Source: Chrysemys picta bellii (lineage: Eukaryota). From it: a DNA stretch of 64,000 nucleotides. A model generated the notes under the pieces. It did no database searches and was not told the origin of the DNA. It saw nothing but the letters and a program-made list of their open reading frames with translations. The DNA lies in the NCBI RefSeq assembly GCF_011386835.1, contig NC_088798.1, positions 101,432,001-101,496,000 on the forward strand. The letters run 5' to 3'. Shown in pieces: positions 49,501-61,449 of this stretch. Each line of letters opens with the position of its first letter. The first letter of the stretch is position 1. The position numbers were made by a program, and so were the translations under genes.

Positions 49501-51688
49501 ACTTCCCAGAATAAACTGTTTCTTGAAGCAGAGCTGGATAGTGAGAGATACTTACCTAGAGCACTGCAGCTGAAACCATTTAGGACAGTATTAGATGAAC
49601 AGAGCAAACCTAAAGTGTTTCACTATGGCCACTGTGTGCACTGAAACCTTTGTTCAATGCCCTAGCATGCACACAAGCCCTGTCCAATTAAACATACTAA
49701 ACGGGTGGGGGAAGGGGCAGGAAGAGGTTTCATTTTTAAAATATGTACTTTGTCTCTGCATCATAACTGTAACACAGATCAGTGACCTACAGAATTTTTA
49801 AAGTAATCAGAGTGAGGTGCGTCAGCAATGTTAGTTAACATTTGAAAAATCAGTCATCTGAACTGCCCGTCACCTTACATGCAAGAGAAAATAAGCTGTT
49901 TTCATTACAGTAATGGGTAGGGATTATATATTAAATATGCAGGTGTTCAGTGGGTTTTTTTAAATGCACAAGTTGTCACTCTTAAAAATGGTTCTACACC
50001 AGGCTTTAAATGAGAAGTAATAAATCACTCAAATTTTTAAGCTAATGGGTCAAGTGCTGTTCGAGAATAAGTGTGTTGAATACTCCTTCACCAACGTATC
50101 TAAAATCCCTTTGAGGTACAAGTTAAAGCAACCCATTTTACAAAAAAATCCCTCACCAATTCCTTAGATTATAAAGATGAAAACAGTTAACTAAATTATG
50201 CCTTTTACTTTTTGTATTTTAATCTGTTTGGAAAGCAGACTAGCTGGTTTCATATTCTCATGTGCAAACCTAACAATGTTGTCTCTATTTGTATCCAACA
50301 AAAATGCTTAAACCACAGAATTTTAAAAGATTTTAATGTCATTTAACACTTAATCTAACATTAAACTATATTAAACTACAGTAAACTAAGGCCATTTTAC
50401 TTCTGATTGAGGGTATTGTTTAATACACTTTAACATCACACCTTTTGTTAATTCATCTTACCTTTCCTTTAACTTCCATGGACAGACATGCCCACATAAG
50501 AGAAACAAAGACTAACTAGAGAGAAAGTGCCATAAAATGCACCAAATAAACAAAGTAAAAATATTTCTCTCCCAATTAATCCTTAGGAGTTACTTGTATC
50601 AATAGTAGGCGAAATATTTTCTCACAGATGTGAGAGATTTAAGCTGGGGTCCTTTTAATACACCACGTTTTTATATCAATAGGATACACTCTTGGAAAAA
50701 ATCCTGTTCACCTGAGTCTCCAAGACAGGTTCCTTCACAACGGAGTGTTCCTGTTCTTTAGAGAAGCAGTCACAATAGAGCAACTATTTGAGACATTCTC
50801 CACAGAACAATTCTTACTGGAAATTGTGAAACACTACTATGAAGTTGTAAGTATTGATAATCCTTCAGGACATAGCAGTAAACAACAAGTCAAGCATCTC
50901 CCTCATAATATAGGTGCTATTTCTGGGGTTCATCTTTCCTAAAATGATGTAGTGGTAAATGCCAGAGGAAGGATATTATTGCATAACCAAATAGTAATTT
51001 CCAATATAGCATTTGGTTTTGGCATGAACAAGTTGCCACACAAGATATGTAGGCATATTGTAAAGTTACAGAACTGTATGTGGCACTTGCCCAGCTGAAT
51101 CAAAGGACCAGTCTAGACTACAAAAAGTTTTAATTGTGTCTTCCAAAACAACGTTCTGCCTTGCTATTGTTAAAACAAAGCGACTTGGCAAGGGGCAGGA
51201 TTGAACCTGATTTAACTGTCTCCCCAAACCGAACTGGAATTCAACGCTTAGTTGTTTGAAGTGCACTGGGGACAACTATGCTTTTATGTGGGTGGCCCAC
51301 CCCCCAACCTCAGCATGTTTCCAGAGTGTAGAGGAGGTAAAAAGCCTTCAAGTTTAAAGATCTCAGATAAAACCAAACAACCAAAGGTCTTTGTTGACAA
51401 GGACAGTTGGTAAAGCTAATTAAAGGCAATATGGTATTTTGCATAAGCTTGTTAAACATAACTTACATTTGACTTCTGCACTTTGCCTAACTACTTAGCT
51501 GGTTCAGGACAGATATGAATTTTTGGACGCAAATATGCACTATACTTGCAAGCCAGATTACTTAACACCCACTAACAAAGCAAAAGGGCCTAAAAGTTTC
51601 ACAGTTTAAGAACTCTAAATTATAGTTACTGAGCACAAGGCCTAGAAAGGCCTCCATTTTGAGAGGTCAATTCCACTCCAGACCTTTA

Positions 51689-51915
51689 GGGCTTTGTCTA
51701 CAAGAGAAAGTTGTACCAGTTTGGTTTAAAAAAATAAAAATAATCACAACTAGATTAGTTAACTGAAGACTGAAGGACACTCATTTCATTAGAAATCAGG
51801 ATTATAATTCAACTATGCTAAATCAAAACAAGCCCAATTCCAACTGAAATCAGTGCCCACTAAGTCTTTTAAACAGATTTGAAAATTACCCTTTATACTG
51901 GTGCAGCTCTCATGG
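51689..51915. mobile_element. Old PIF/Harbinger-type MITE
   Basis: Left end GGGCTTTGTCTACA with ttgtaccag / ctggtgcag subterminal repeats; right end decayed. Confidence 0.4.
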
Positions 51916-52647
51916 GTTTTTAGAGCAGGATACCACTTCCACTTAAGACAATGGTAGTTTTGCCACCGACTTCAATGGAAGCAGGATCAAACCAATAGAA
52001 TGCAGTGATAGAAAGCAATATGGTTAAATGTTAAACATTAAGTTCTTAGAAACCTGGAATCAAAGTGATTTTACTTTTTTTTTTTATAAAATCCATGCCC
52101 CATGTCATACATACTCTCACTCAAGCATGTAAGGAATTCAATTCTTTATTTGTGATATCCATAAACCCATAAACGATGCTATTCTATATTTCTATCCAGG
52201 AAGGCAGTTTTCCCCTATAACATTATGCCTTTTTTTTCTCAAATAAACAACAAACTTTAATTCTATTGCGTGAAAGGGCTACAAATATACATTTGTTAAT
52301 CAAGCAGACTACACAGATATTTTGCTTTACAACTGGCACCTATGTTACTGGTACACTTAGCTGGCTCATTTATCATAGCACTTTGCCCAAACAATTTAGA
52401 TTATCACTTCTTTTGAAGGATGGGCAGTTATAAGAGTTTTAGAAATGTACTGAAGCAGATACTTCAAATCCATTTTGTTTCAGTCAATATGCAGGGAGCC
52501 CATCTTTAGTCACATGCAGATTTGATTTTTATTTCAGTTTACACCGAACGTTTAATGGCATAAGACAGCTTTCAAAAATCTAGTAGAGTTAGCAAACAAT
52601 TTGCCTCTGTTTGTAATGAAGCCTAGAGCAGTGGTTCTGCCATTCTG

Positions 52648-52663
52648 CCAGTAGATGGTGCTG
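52648..52663 (+). promoter_or_regulatory. Candidate CTCF motif, forward orientation
   Basis: CCAGTAGATGGTGCTG matches the CTCF core consensus. Confidence 0.4.
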
Positions 52664-53268
52664 CAAAGGATTCTCTGGGAACTTTAAGGAAGGACAATAG
52701 TTCAGACCAAGTGAAAAGTCTGTTTTACCCTGGTACTATGAAAACAAGTAGGCATTTAATTGAAGAGATAATGTTGACCCTTTCCTGTAACGAATCATTT
52801 ACAGACAAGCCAATAAGAGGATCTGAAACTAAGCAATTGGAAATTTTGAACATTTTATATGAATGAAGCACATGCTTAACACAAACTATTTTAGAACTAC
52901 ACAGTACATACTTGATGGAAAAGTCCTATAGAAAAAATTGACCAACCATGTCAGCACGTCAATCAAACTGCCTAGTACAAGATGGTGGATGCACACAAAC
53001 TGCAAAAGTGAGAATGAATATTTAAAAAACAGACCACATCCACCAATTAGTACTTCAAAAAGTTTCCATAAAGAGTTTGAAAACCAATAAATCCACTAAT
53101 GGGACATCAAAAAGTAAATTAGGACCTTTACTGGCAATAAAGTCTCTAAATACATAGAGAAATAAAAGCAGAGGAACAATACTTGTTTCAAACCCAGAAA
53201 AGCCTTAAACCGTACGGAATGGATCCTAGGAAAAAAGTTAGACATGTAAAGGTCAATGAACACAATGA

Positions 53269-53274
53269 TTTATT
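53269..53274 (-). terminator. Candidate HNRNPA0 proximal poly(A) signal AATAAA
   Basis: About 510 nt after the stop, preceded by U-rich and followed by GU/U-rich sequence. Further AATAAA copies at 52528-52533 and 52145-52150. Confidence 0.6.
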
Positions 53275-53786
53275 TAAAAAATAAAAAACGTAAAAACGAT
53301 TTTTTCCTCCTTTACAGAAATGTTAATTTCAGTCATGGATCCGAGCAGATTTTGTAGGGAAAAAATGTAGTAGCCAGGTATCGAGTCCTTACAACAAAGT
53401 AAATTCCCCCCCCCCATCTCCCTCCCCAGTTTTTACTTCAGAATCAGCAAGACATTGCCCACCCCACACCCCAAAAAACAAATTAAAACAAGACATTTTC
53501 ATTGCTAGTATAAAAACGACCAAGGTCCAAGTAATAATAAAAAAATAGAGTCCATCAATGACTGTAACACAAAGTATGTGTGTGTGGGGCCCAGTCCATC
53601 TTCAGAGAGAAAGAAGTGGCACAGGCAGAGGCGACCCCCAGAGGGCATTTAGGAGCTGCTCCCACAGCAGGGGAGGCATTTACTAGGAACTGCCCTTAGG
53701 CGAGTGAGGGGAGAAACCATTAGAAGCTGCCCCGTAACAAAGGGAGGGCTCTCCATGCCACCCCCAATGGGTATGGGCGCCGCCGG

Positions 53787-54710
53787 TTAGAAGGAGCTGC
53801 CGCCATACCCTCCCCCACCATAGCCTCCTCTGTACGGTCCACTGTTACTGCGCCCTCCCCAGCTGCCGCCCCCTCCTCCGCCTCCTCCGCCGCTCTTCAT
53901 GGGGCCGTAGGAGGACTGATGTTGGCTGTAGCTGCCGAACCCGCCGTACCCGTTGCCGTAATCTCCGCCTCCACCACCTCCTCCGTAGGAGCCGCTGCTG
54001 TAAGATCCGTAGCCGCCGCCTCCGCCGTAGCCTCCGTAGCTATTATAGCCGCCGCCTCCTTTGGAGAGACCGTTGTGGTCCCGGTTGCCGGATCCGCCGC
54101 CGCCCCGTCCTCGTCCTCCTCCCCTGCCGCCCCGGGAAGGCCTAGAGGAGCCACCGCCGCCCCCGCCCGACTGGATGTCCTCCTTGGGCACGGCCTTCTT
54201 GACCTCCACGCGGTGGCCCTGGATCGGATGGAACTTGACTACAGCGGCCTTGTCGGCGGCGTCGTGGTTCTGGAAATAGACGAAGCCGAAGCCGCGCTTC
54301 TTGCCGCTCTGTTTGTCGGCGATGATCTCGGCCTTCTCCACCGGGCCGAACTGGCTAAAGTGCTGGACCAGGTCCCCCTCGCCCACGTCCCCCTTTAGAC
54401 CGCCCACGAAGAGCTTCTTCACCTTCGCGTGGGCCCCCGGCCGGGCCGAGTCCTCCCGGGACACGGCCCGCTTCAGCTCGACCGCGTTGCCGTCCACGGC
54501 GTGGGGGGAGGCGGCCATGGCGGCGTCGGCCTCCTCCACAGCCGAGTAGGTGACGAATCCGAAGCATCGGGAGCGCTTGGTCTGCGGGTTGAGCACGACC
54601 ACGCAGTCGGTGAGGGTGCCGTAGGCCTCGAAGTGCTCCCGGAGCCCGGCCTCGGTGGTCTGCACGTTCAGGCCGCCGATGAACAGCTTGCACAGCTGCG
54701 AATTCTCCAT
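53787..54710 (-). CDS. HNRNPA0: Heterogeneous nuclear ribonucleoprotein A0, intronless, 307 aa
   Basis: Two RRMs ([15 protein letters not shown]; [15 protein letters not shown]), a Gly-rich tail, the [10 protein letters not shown] start and the MK2 site KRAVS84. Strong Kozak (AGC ATG G) and position next to KLHL3 agree. Confidence 0.98.
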   Translation of the reverse strand: MENSQLCKLFIGGLNVQTTEAGLREHFEAYGTLTDCVVVLNPQTKRSRCFGFVTYSAVEEADAAMAASPHAVDGNAVELKRAVSREDSARPGAHAKVKKLFVGGLKGDVGEGDLVQHFSQFGPVEKAEIIADKQSGKKRGFGFVYFQNHDAADKAAVVKFHPIQGHRVEVKKAVPKEDIQSGGGGGGSSRPSRGGRGGGRGRGGGGSGNRDHNGLSKGGGGYNSYGGYGGGGGYGSYSSGSYGGGGGGGDYGNGYGGFGSYSQHQSSYGPMKSGGGGGGGGGSWGGRSNSGPYRGGYGGGGYGGSSF

Positions 54711-55500
54711 GCTGCCGCCTCCGCCGGGGCTGCGCCTAGGCCTGGCGCCGAGACTCCGCCTCCTGCTGGGGGGGAAGCTCAGGCCTCTCCACGTTCAACG
54801 AGCACCGCAACTTCAAGACAGCAGCAGCAGCTGCCGCGGCTCCTCCTTGGCGTGGCCTAGCCTCGCCAGCGACCTGGCCGCCGCCGGTACCACAGAAAAG
54901 GGGCCTGGGGGTGGGGGAGCACACCGACACGCACAAAATGGCGGCTGCTACTCCTCAGGCGTTCGGCCGGCAACTGGTGCTGCTCACACAAAGGGGACGC
55001 TGGGAGCCCCGCCCGCCGTGCCGCCGCAGCACACGTCCTCGGCGCCGACTGGGCCAATAGAAAGGCGCAACCGCCTACGTGAACGAGTCATTCTTTAGGG
55101 GGCGGGGCTTCGTTAGTGATTGACGACAGCTAGGACTAATCGGATTATGCGACCTCCACCGCGCGTACGCAAGAGGCAAAGAGAGGGCGGGAGCGTGTTA
55201 GTAACTGACGTCCTGGGGAACCAATAGAGTTCCTCTAAAGCCGCGGGCGGAGAGGCGGGGCCTAATCAAGAGTCGACTAATAAGATTCTGCAGCCTCAAC
55301 TCGCGCCGAGCGAAGAGTAGAAGGGGGAGGGAGGGACGGGGTTGAGGCTGCGCCAATGCGTCAACCCAGCGGATGTGAGCCAATAGGTCTCCTCCTTCCC
55401 AGCCGCGCGCTTTCCCCCCAGGAGCCCTAGTCCCGCCCCCGCGGGTGGGGGAAGGGGATAGCGTAGCTTTCATGGCAGGCCGCGCGGGAGCATTTGAAAA
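54711..55500 (-). promoter_or_regulatory. HNRNPA0 CpG-island promoter and 5'UTR
   Basis: Very CpG-rich. YY1 motif AAAATGGCGGC 54935-54945, GC box GGGGCGGGGC 55099-55108, four CCAAT boxes (55054, 55221, 55353, 55380), CRE-like TGACGTC 55206-55212. Confidence 0.8.
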
Positions 55501-55959
55501 GCTGACCGTTAGGAAGCGGTTTCAGTCATCATAGCCCCCCCTCCCCCTCCCTTAATGAAGTGAGAGAGAGGCCGCACCAACCAACTCTCCCCTCGAGGGG
55601 GTGGGGGAGCCACCCGCCCCCAGCACGTGACTCTTTCCAAGCACCTCACACAGCCCCCCCCCCCCCCCCCCCACCTCGCAGCCATGAGGGATTCGTTGAT
55701 ACCGGGGGTTAATTCATGGCTCCCCCATGGTGCTGCATATAAATCAACTCCCTGCTCCTCATGGTCCACCCCCACCCCCCATTGCTCTACCTCAGCCCCC
55801 TCCTCCCCACATCCAGCAGTGCCCAGCCAGGCCTTCCCAGGGGGGCTCTGGGGAGCAGATTCCAGCTCACTCGCGGGAGGGGCACAGTCCCATTTTGCAG
55901 ATGCTGGTGTCTGGGTCCCTGGAGCCACCGCCCTGTGTTGGGAAAAGCAGCCCCTGAGG

Positions 55960-56057
55960 CAGGGGGGCTGGAACAATTTTTAAAGTGTGAACCTTGTATA
56001 TCATGGAAACCACTTCAAACCGGGGGTGCGGCAGCCCCCCGCGTTCCAGCACCTGTG
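55960..56057. mobile_element. Short hAT-type MITE
   Basis: TIRs CAGGGGGGCTGGAAC / GTTCCAGCACCTGTG; 8-bp flanks match 6/8. Confidence 0.65.
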
Positions 56058-56066
56058 CACTGAGCA

Positions 56067-56192
56067 TAGGGTGACCAGACAGCAAATGTCAAAAATCATG
56101 ACCGGGGGGGGGGGGGGTAATAGGAGCCTATATAAGAAAAAGACCCAAAAATCAGGACTGTCCCTATAAAATCAGGACATCTGGCCACCCTC
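56067..56192. mobile_element. TAGGGTGACCAGA-family MITE (hAT-type)
   Basis: TIRs TAGGGTGACCAGA / TCTGGCCACCCT. Confidence 0.75.
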
Positions 56193-56520
56193 AGCAGCCG
56201 AGAGCAAGGGGGATACATGCCCTGGATGGTTCACTGTGACATTTACAAGCCCCCTTTGTTTGATAATTGGGAATCTGCGTGGGACGTTATGATCCTTTGG
56301 TGGCACACTTACACCTTGGACAGGGCCTTGCCAGGCTGTGGGGCAGCCTCCTAACCTCACATGTAATTTCCCAGCACAGCACTTTTGAGTGTATTTTAAT
56401 TTGCTTCTTGCTTCCCCTCTGGGTGGAGTTATGGATTTGTACTTTCCTACTAATTATACTAAATAGCTTCACCCTGCTAGTCTTGGTGTAGGTGTAGTGG
56501 CTCCAGCCTATGAGAAATAT

Positions 56521-56678
56521 AAGGGGGAGGTAAGGAAATGTCTTGTATTGGACCAACTTCTGGTGGTGGAAAAGACAAGCTTTCAAATGCCACAGACCTG
56601 AAGAAGAGCTCTGTGGCGCTCAAAAGCTTCTCTCTTTCACTAACAGAAGTTGGTCCAGTAAAAGATATTCCCTCACCC
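56521..56678. mobile_element. Older palindromic Penelope pLTR derivative with a hammerhead remnant in the loop
   Basis: Arms ...ttggaccaacttctg...aagcttt / aaagctt...cagaagttggtcca...; motif AGAC-CTGAAGA-A-GAGC..GCTC-AAAA-GCTT-CTCT at 56594-56633. Confidence 0.7.
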
Positions 56679-56832
56679 TCCTTGTCTTTTCCATTTTTAA
56701 ACTATCATTTTTCTTTTCATGACCCTTCTCCAGTCCCTGTTTTTTCTTTTTTCTCTTACTGTTCCCTTTTTTGGCTCTCTTTACCCCTTTAGGTTCATTC
56801 TCACTTCCCTTTCACGTGTTATGTGCCATGCT

Positions 56833-56948
56833 GTTGTAGCCATGTAAGTCCCAGGATACTAGAGTGACAAGATGGGTAAGAACTTTTATTGGACCAACTT
56901 CTGTTGGAGAGAGAGAGAAGCTTTGGAGCTTATACAGAACTCTTCTTT
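56833..56948 (-). mobile_element. Older Penelope pLTR fragment
   Basis: gttgtagcc...ccaggatactagag...ttggaccaacttctgttg...aagctttggagcttatacagaactcttc. Confidence 0.6.
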
Positions 56949-57831
56949 CCCTTTCATATACATTTCTCAGTCCCCACTCTCTTTTTGCTCTTCCTCCCAG
57001 TATTTCCCTCCCCAAATTTCCAATCTATTCCATACCCTTCCCCTCCGATCACTGTTTTCCCGTAATTGATTTAGTTAGTTGTTAAACAGCAGGCACTTTC
57101 TATTTAGCTAAAGAGGAAAATACAAGAACATACAAATATAATGAACCAATTAACAATGATGTATATCAACTTCTGATTTTGACATTATATAGATTAGAGG
57201 TTGCTAGCTGGATTCCTGATGCCCTTGGTGTAATTGGGAACACAATTTTTATCCATGGGACAAGTTTTCAAATAAGCTGGGTGTTATGGAGCAGGATGGC
57301 CTAGGAGCTGCTTGTGAAGTTTAGATTGTTATGCTATTATCCTTCTTTGAAGGTGACAGAGAGAAAAATAAAATTTCACCAGAATGTTCATGTGCCTGAG
57401 ACCCAAGGTTTCCAGAGTCCCATCTTAATTTAAACTCTTCCTTGATTATTTTGCCTGCTTCCCACTCTCTTCAATCTCTTACCCACTAGTACTCCCTAAT
57501 GCTCAATTGCATAGTTCCTATTTGTTCTCCACGCTGCACCCCCTTGTTACCTCAGACATCCCCTTGTGCTTCCACTCTCTTCCCAGCCCCCACTCTTTGT
57601 TTCCCCTCTTTTACTTCTGCCTGCATAAGATTCTCCCTCCCACTTTGTCACGAGTGTATAGTGCACAGATCCTATAGCCCAGTCCAGGCAATTGCATCAT
57701 TCCTCTCAGCTTCATTAGAAACAAATGCCTGGAATGACCACTGAGAAAGGCTAAGAAGAAACTGGCTTCTTGTTGGTAAGGACTCCCAAGGCTAGCAGGA
57801 GGAGGGAGGAGCTGATCAAATGCTACAGATA

Positions 57832-58083
57832 CATGATGTACACTACAGGCACGGCAGCAGTATAGCTATGGCTGACTACAGCGACAGAAGAGGTTTTTCC
57901 ATTTGTGTAGAAACTCCACCTCCCTGAGCAATGGTAGCTGGGTGAGGGAAGCATTTTTCCATCAGCCTAGCTGTGTCTACGCCGAGGGCTTAAGCCAGCA
58001 CAACTACAGCACTCTGGAATGTGGGTTTTTCACACCCTGAGTTCCATACCTAGGTCAACTCGAGTTTTAAATGTGAACCCGCC
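57832..58083. mobile_element. PIF/Harbinger-type MITE
   Basis: Left end gatgtacactac; interior of the same kind as the 10545 copy; ends decayed. Confidence 0.5.
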
Positions 58084-58600
58084 TGCGTGAGCAGAGGTGC
58101 TGCCGTTATATAGCTGAGTTACAGCCCACAGTCCTGGTACCCTGACAGCTGTGCATGATGCAATACAAGCAAAGATTAGCTGCTCCTACCTTAAAGGATC
58201 CATAATAATTAATAGAGCTAAAATAAATGGGAATAAGATTTAATGGGGCGACACCACTTTATAGAATCGCCTCCTTCCTCAGCTTCCTGACAGCATTGCT
58301 AAACTTAGGTAAACAGTTGTGTATACACAAACAATGTCAGATCTTAAATTGTCTGATTGTTAAAGTAAGATTAAAAAAAAAAAAAGGACAACATAACATC
58401 AAAAATAAGTCCATAGTTCAAGTAGTCTCTTCATCCTCCAAATTCTTATCCTGCTGCACTTTGCCCAGCAATTTCTCAGCAGCTAAACAATCCCTGAGCA
58501 AAGAACATCTCCCTTAGTAATTTATCTGTAATTTGGCATAGAAGAGAACATTTTCCCTTTAGAAGGCAATAATAATTTAAGTTTTCTTTTTGCAGATGTA

Positions 58601-59409
58601 GGCCTAGTCTACGCTACAATGTTTTACCAGCATAACTTGCCTTAGTTTGGCACATCCTCATGTAGCTCCACACTCAATTTTGAGTCCTGCCAACACTGAC
58701 TTTCTGTCAATAAAGTTAAACTACATCCCCGAATGACAAACCCTCTACTGGCACTGTTCCATTGGTACAGACACAGTGCCTATGTGGATGCTGCATTACC
58801 TGTATCACTAAAAACAGTCCCACAATAGGCACAACAATGACCATTGTGATCACCATTCTGAACTCTGTTGCTAAGGGGATCACAGTGACCAAAAGCCTAC
58901 CCTCCATTTTAAAATGCCTCTCTTTGCATGCCCCTGGGTGTGGCTCAGTGCAAAGCTACAACTACACCTCATGCTACTGCCTAGTTCAGGAAAGTAGGCC
59001 TGAATATCCTTGGCTTGTGAGGAGAAGAAACAGTGCAAGTTCAGCTGCACAATACTGGCAGAAATAAAGATGTTAATTTGGACAAAAATGGTGCAGAAAG
59101 ATTATGGGATGGAACAATGGGAATTGTGGAAATTTCACCCCAAGCTACCCTAATGCCCTGACAGGACTGCTGGTATCCCACAATGTGTTGCAAAAATATC
59201 CCACAAGGTAATGCACCAGACAGTGTCACAGCAGACACAGGGATGCCTACGCACAGTACACAGCATCTTTTACCAATGCACCCTCTCACAGCGATTATCC
59301 GAGGCCGCAAAGACAACCAAGTGTGCTCATTCTGTAGTGACACTGCAGTCTCTGCCACTGTATGCCGGCATAAATGCTACCGATAAAGCTTTCTAATGTA
59401 GACATTGCC
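58601..59409. mobile_element. PIF/Harbinger-type non-autonomous element
   Basis: TIRs GGCCTAGTCTAC / GTAGACATTGCC; no transposase frame recognised. Confidence 0.55.
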
Positions 59410-59753
59410 ATAATCTGTGGGGGGGAAATAAAATACAGGCATTTTAAACAAATAATTTTACTGTCTTGGGTTTTGCAAGACACTTTCCCTATCTTTGGAG
59501 TTAGATCATATAAATAATTACTTTCCTTTTTTAAGGCTCAGTCTTATATGCATTCATTTATAGCCAATATTTATACCCTAATGGGGCTGCAGTGGTGGGA
59601 ATGATGGTTTAGGCAAGGCAACAACAGTTGCTGGCATGTTCAACACGCTGTCATGTAGACCTGCCCTGACAAATATAGATGGGGTAGCTACATTTTCAGG
59701 AGTTACTAGTGTTTTGGCCAATCAAGTTAAAACACCTTCAAGCATCCTGCTGC

Positions 59754-59910
59754 TAGGGTTGCCAATCTGACTGAAGCTATTCAGGAGATTCTCCTCCGCC
59801 CCCCCCATGACGTAATGTCATTTTCTTAAAATAGCCTATTAAAATCTTCCGGATTGCTTTCAGTAATCACTAGGAGACTCCAGACCAATCCTGGAAGGTT
59901 GGCAACCCTA
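59754..59910. mobile_element. hAT-type MITE
   Basis: TIRs TAGGGTTGCCAA / TTGGCAACCCTA; perfect 8-bp TSD CCTGCTGC. Confidence 0.88.
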
Positions 59911-61449
59911 CCTGCTGCTCAGAGGGAGGGCAGTTGGCACTTTGTGAAAATTAGATCCATTTCAAGTGTCTCGAGTTTGGCATTGAAAAAACCCAAATAA
60001 GGCACCTAAATTCATTAATTAATTACTTTCAAAAGTCTTGCTCCCCCTCCCCCAGTGCTACCCCCATGACTGCTGTTTCAGCCTTTGTTAGATCAGCTGT
60101 GGCTGTCTATTTGGCACCTTTCAATGATCTAAAGAAAAATTAGTGTTTAGAAAGAAATCTTAATTGTCATTGTGAAGCTCCATTACAGCTCACTAAATGC
60201 TCTGGGCAGTGATTTTGTATTCCAAAGTAGTTCTTTGCAAAAATGAAAATGACACAATAAGAAGAGTTCATATTCTACATAAGAACTTCTTAAGAAGTCA
60301 CTGAGAACACACTAATTAAAATAGTAGTATACTCCAGAATCCTTGTCTACAGTAATTGTACCACTATTAACATCAGTGGAGCTGGACTGGTGTTAGAATC
60401 AAGGAAATATTTCAGTCAAAACCACAACGTTGACTTCAGTGGAAGCCCCATTCACTTCAATGGGAATCAGACGGGGAAGCTAGCTCCAACTGAGGATGTA
60501 GCCAGGAATGCTGACTGAAACCCTAGCATGAAGAGAAGTATGAATTTCTCCTATTACTTTTCAGGTAGTGCTAACCTGAAAGCTTACTTGTAAAACACTA
60601 TGAATGAAATCCTTGCCCCATTGAAGTCAATATAATTTTGCCATTGATTTCATAGGGGCCAGGAGTTCACCATTTAAATTCAAACAGCAACATTTAACTA
60701 CTTTACTGCTGAATGATACATCAGATGCTTTCAACACAGGCATCTCATGTCAACATCTTGTTACTGATTTTCTTGTTCTACTATACATTTATGTAAACAC
60801 CACACTCCTAAAAGAAAGAGTACATTAAAATTAATAGAATGACAACATAACTGTCTGTATTTAACAGCCATCAGTGGAAAATATGACAAAGTATATTTGT
60901 TCAAGTTCATCTTTCTCAAAACATAAATGGACTGTTGGAAACCTTACCTAGTCAGTTTCCTAAACTAATTGTGTCAGGTATTAAACCTGTTCCTGAATCC
61001 CACTGCCAGTTTCTGTGGCTTGGGGGGAAAAAAAGTCACTTTTTCATTTTTAAATAAATGCTTTTTCTCTTCCCAGCTGCCAGGTAAAAAGTCAACACAA
61101 TTAGGGGAAATTATTAAAAGATATACTTGTTAAAATGAATGAGTTATAGTGTTATTAAATTATTTAAGCTACTCAGGCAGGGTGCTAGCATGGAGGCTTT
61201 TTTTTGCCAAATAGCCCGATTAATAGTAATTAGGGGATGGTGGGCAGGCTTGTCGTTATCTGCTGCTAGATACCTCCTTTGCCAATGGACATGGGTTGTA
61301 AGCAACTAAGTCAATTCATGCTGGACAGCCTCTGCCATTTTCTAGGTGTCAGCATTACAGCAACTTACTGCCAGGCAACTGTTTTTATAACCTTAGGACA
61401 CAAAAAAAAGTCTTCCAGTTGATGTACCAGTGTCAAATTTCCCTTCTGA

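Noticed and set aside
53718-53734. Degenerate copy of the HNRNPA0 terminal codons in the 3'UTR, as a readthrough candidate
   Set aside because: It is 67 nt from the stop, so out of frame, and TAA is not a leaky stop.
53897-54860. Long overlapping ORFs on both strands across HNRNPA0 (e.g. 53919-54398 +, 54429-54860 +)
   Set aside because: Expected shadows of a very GC-rich, Gly-repeat CDS; no recognisable domain.
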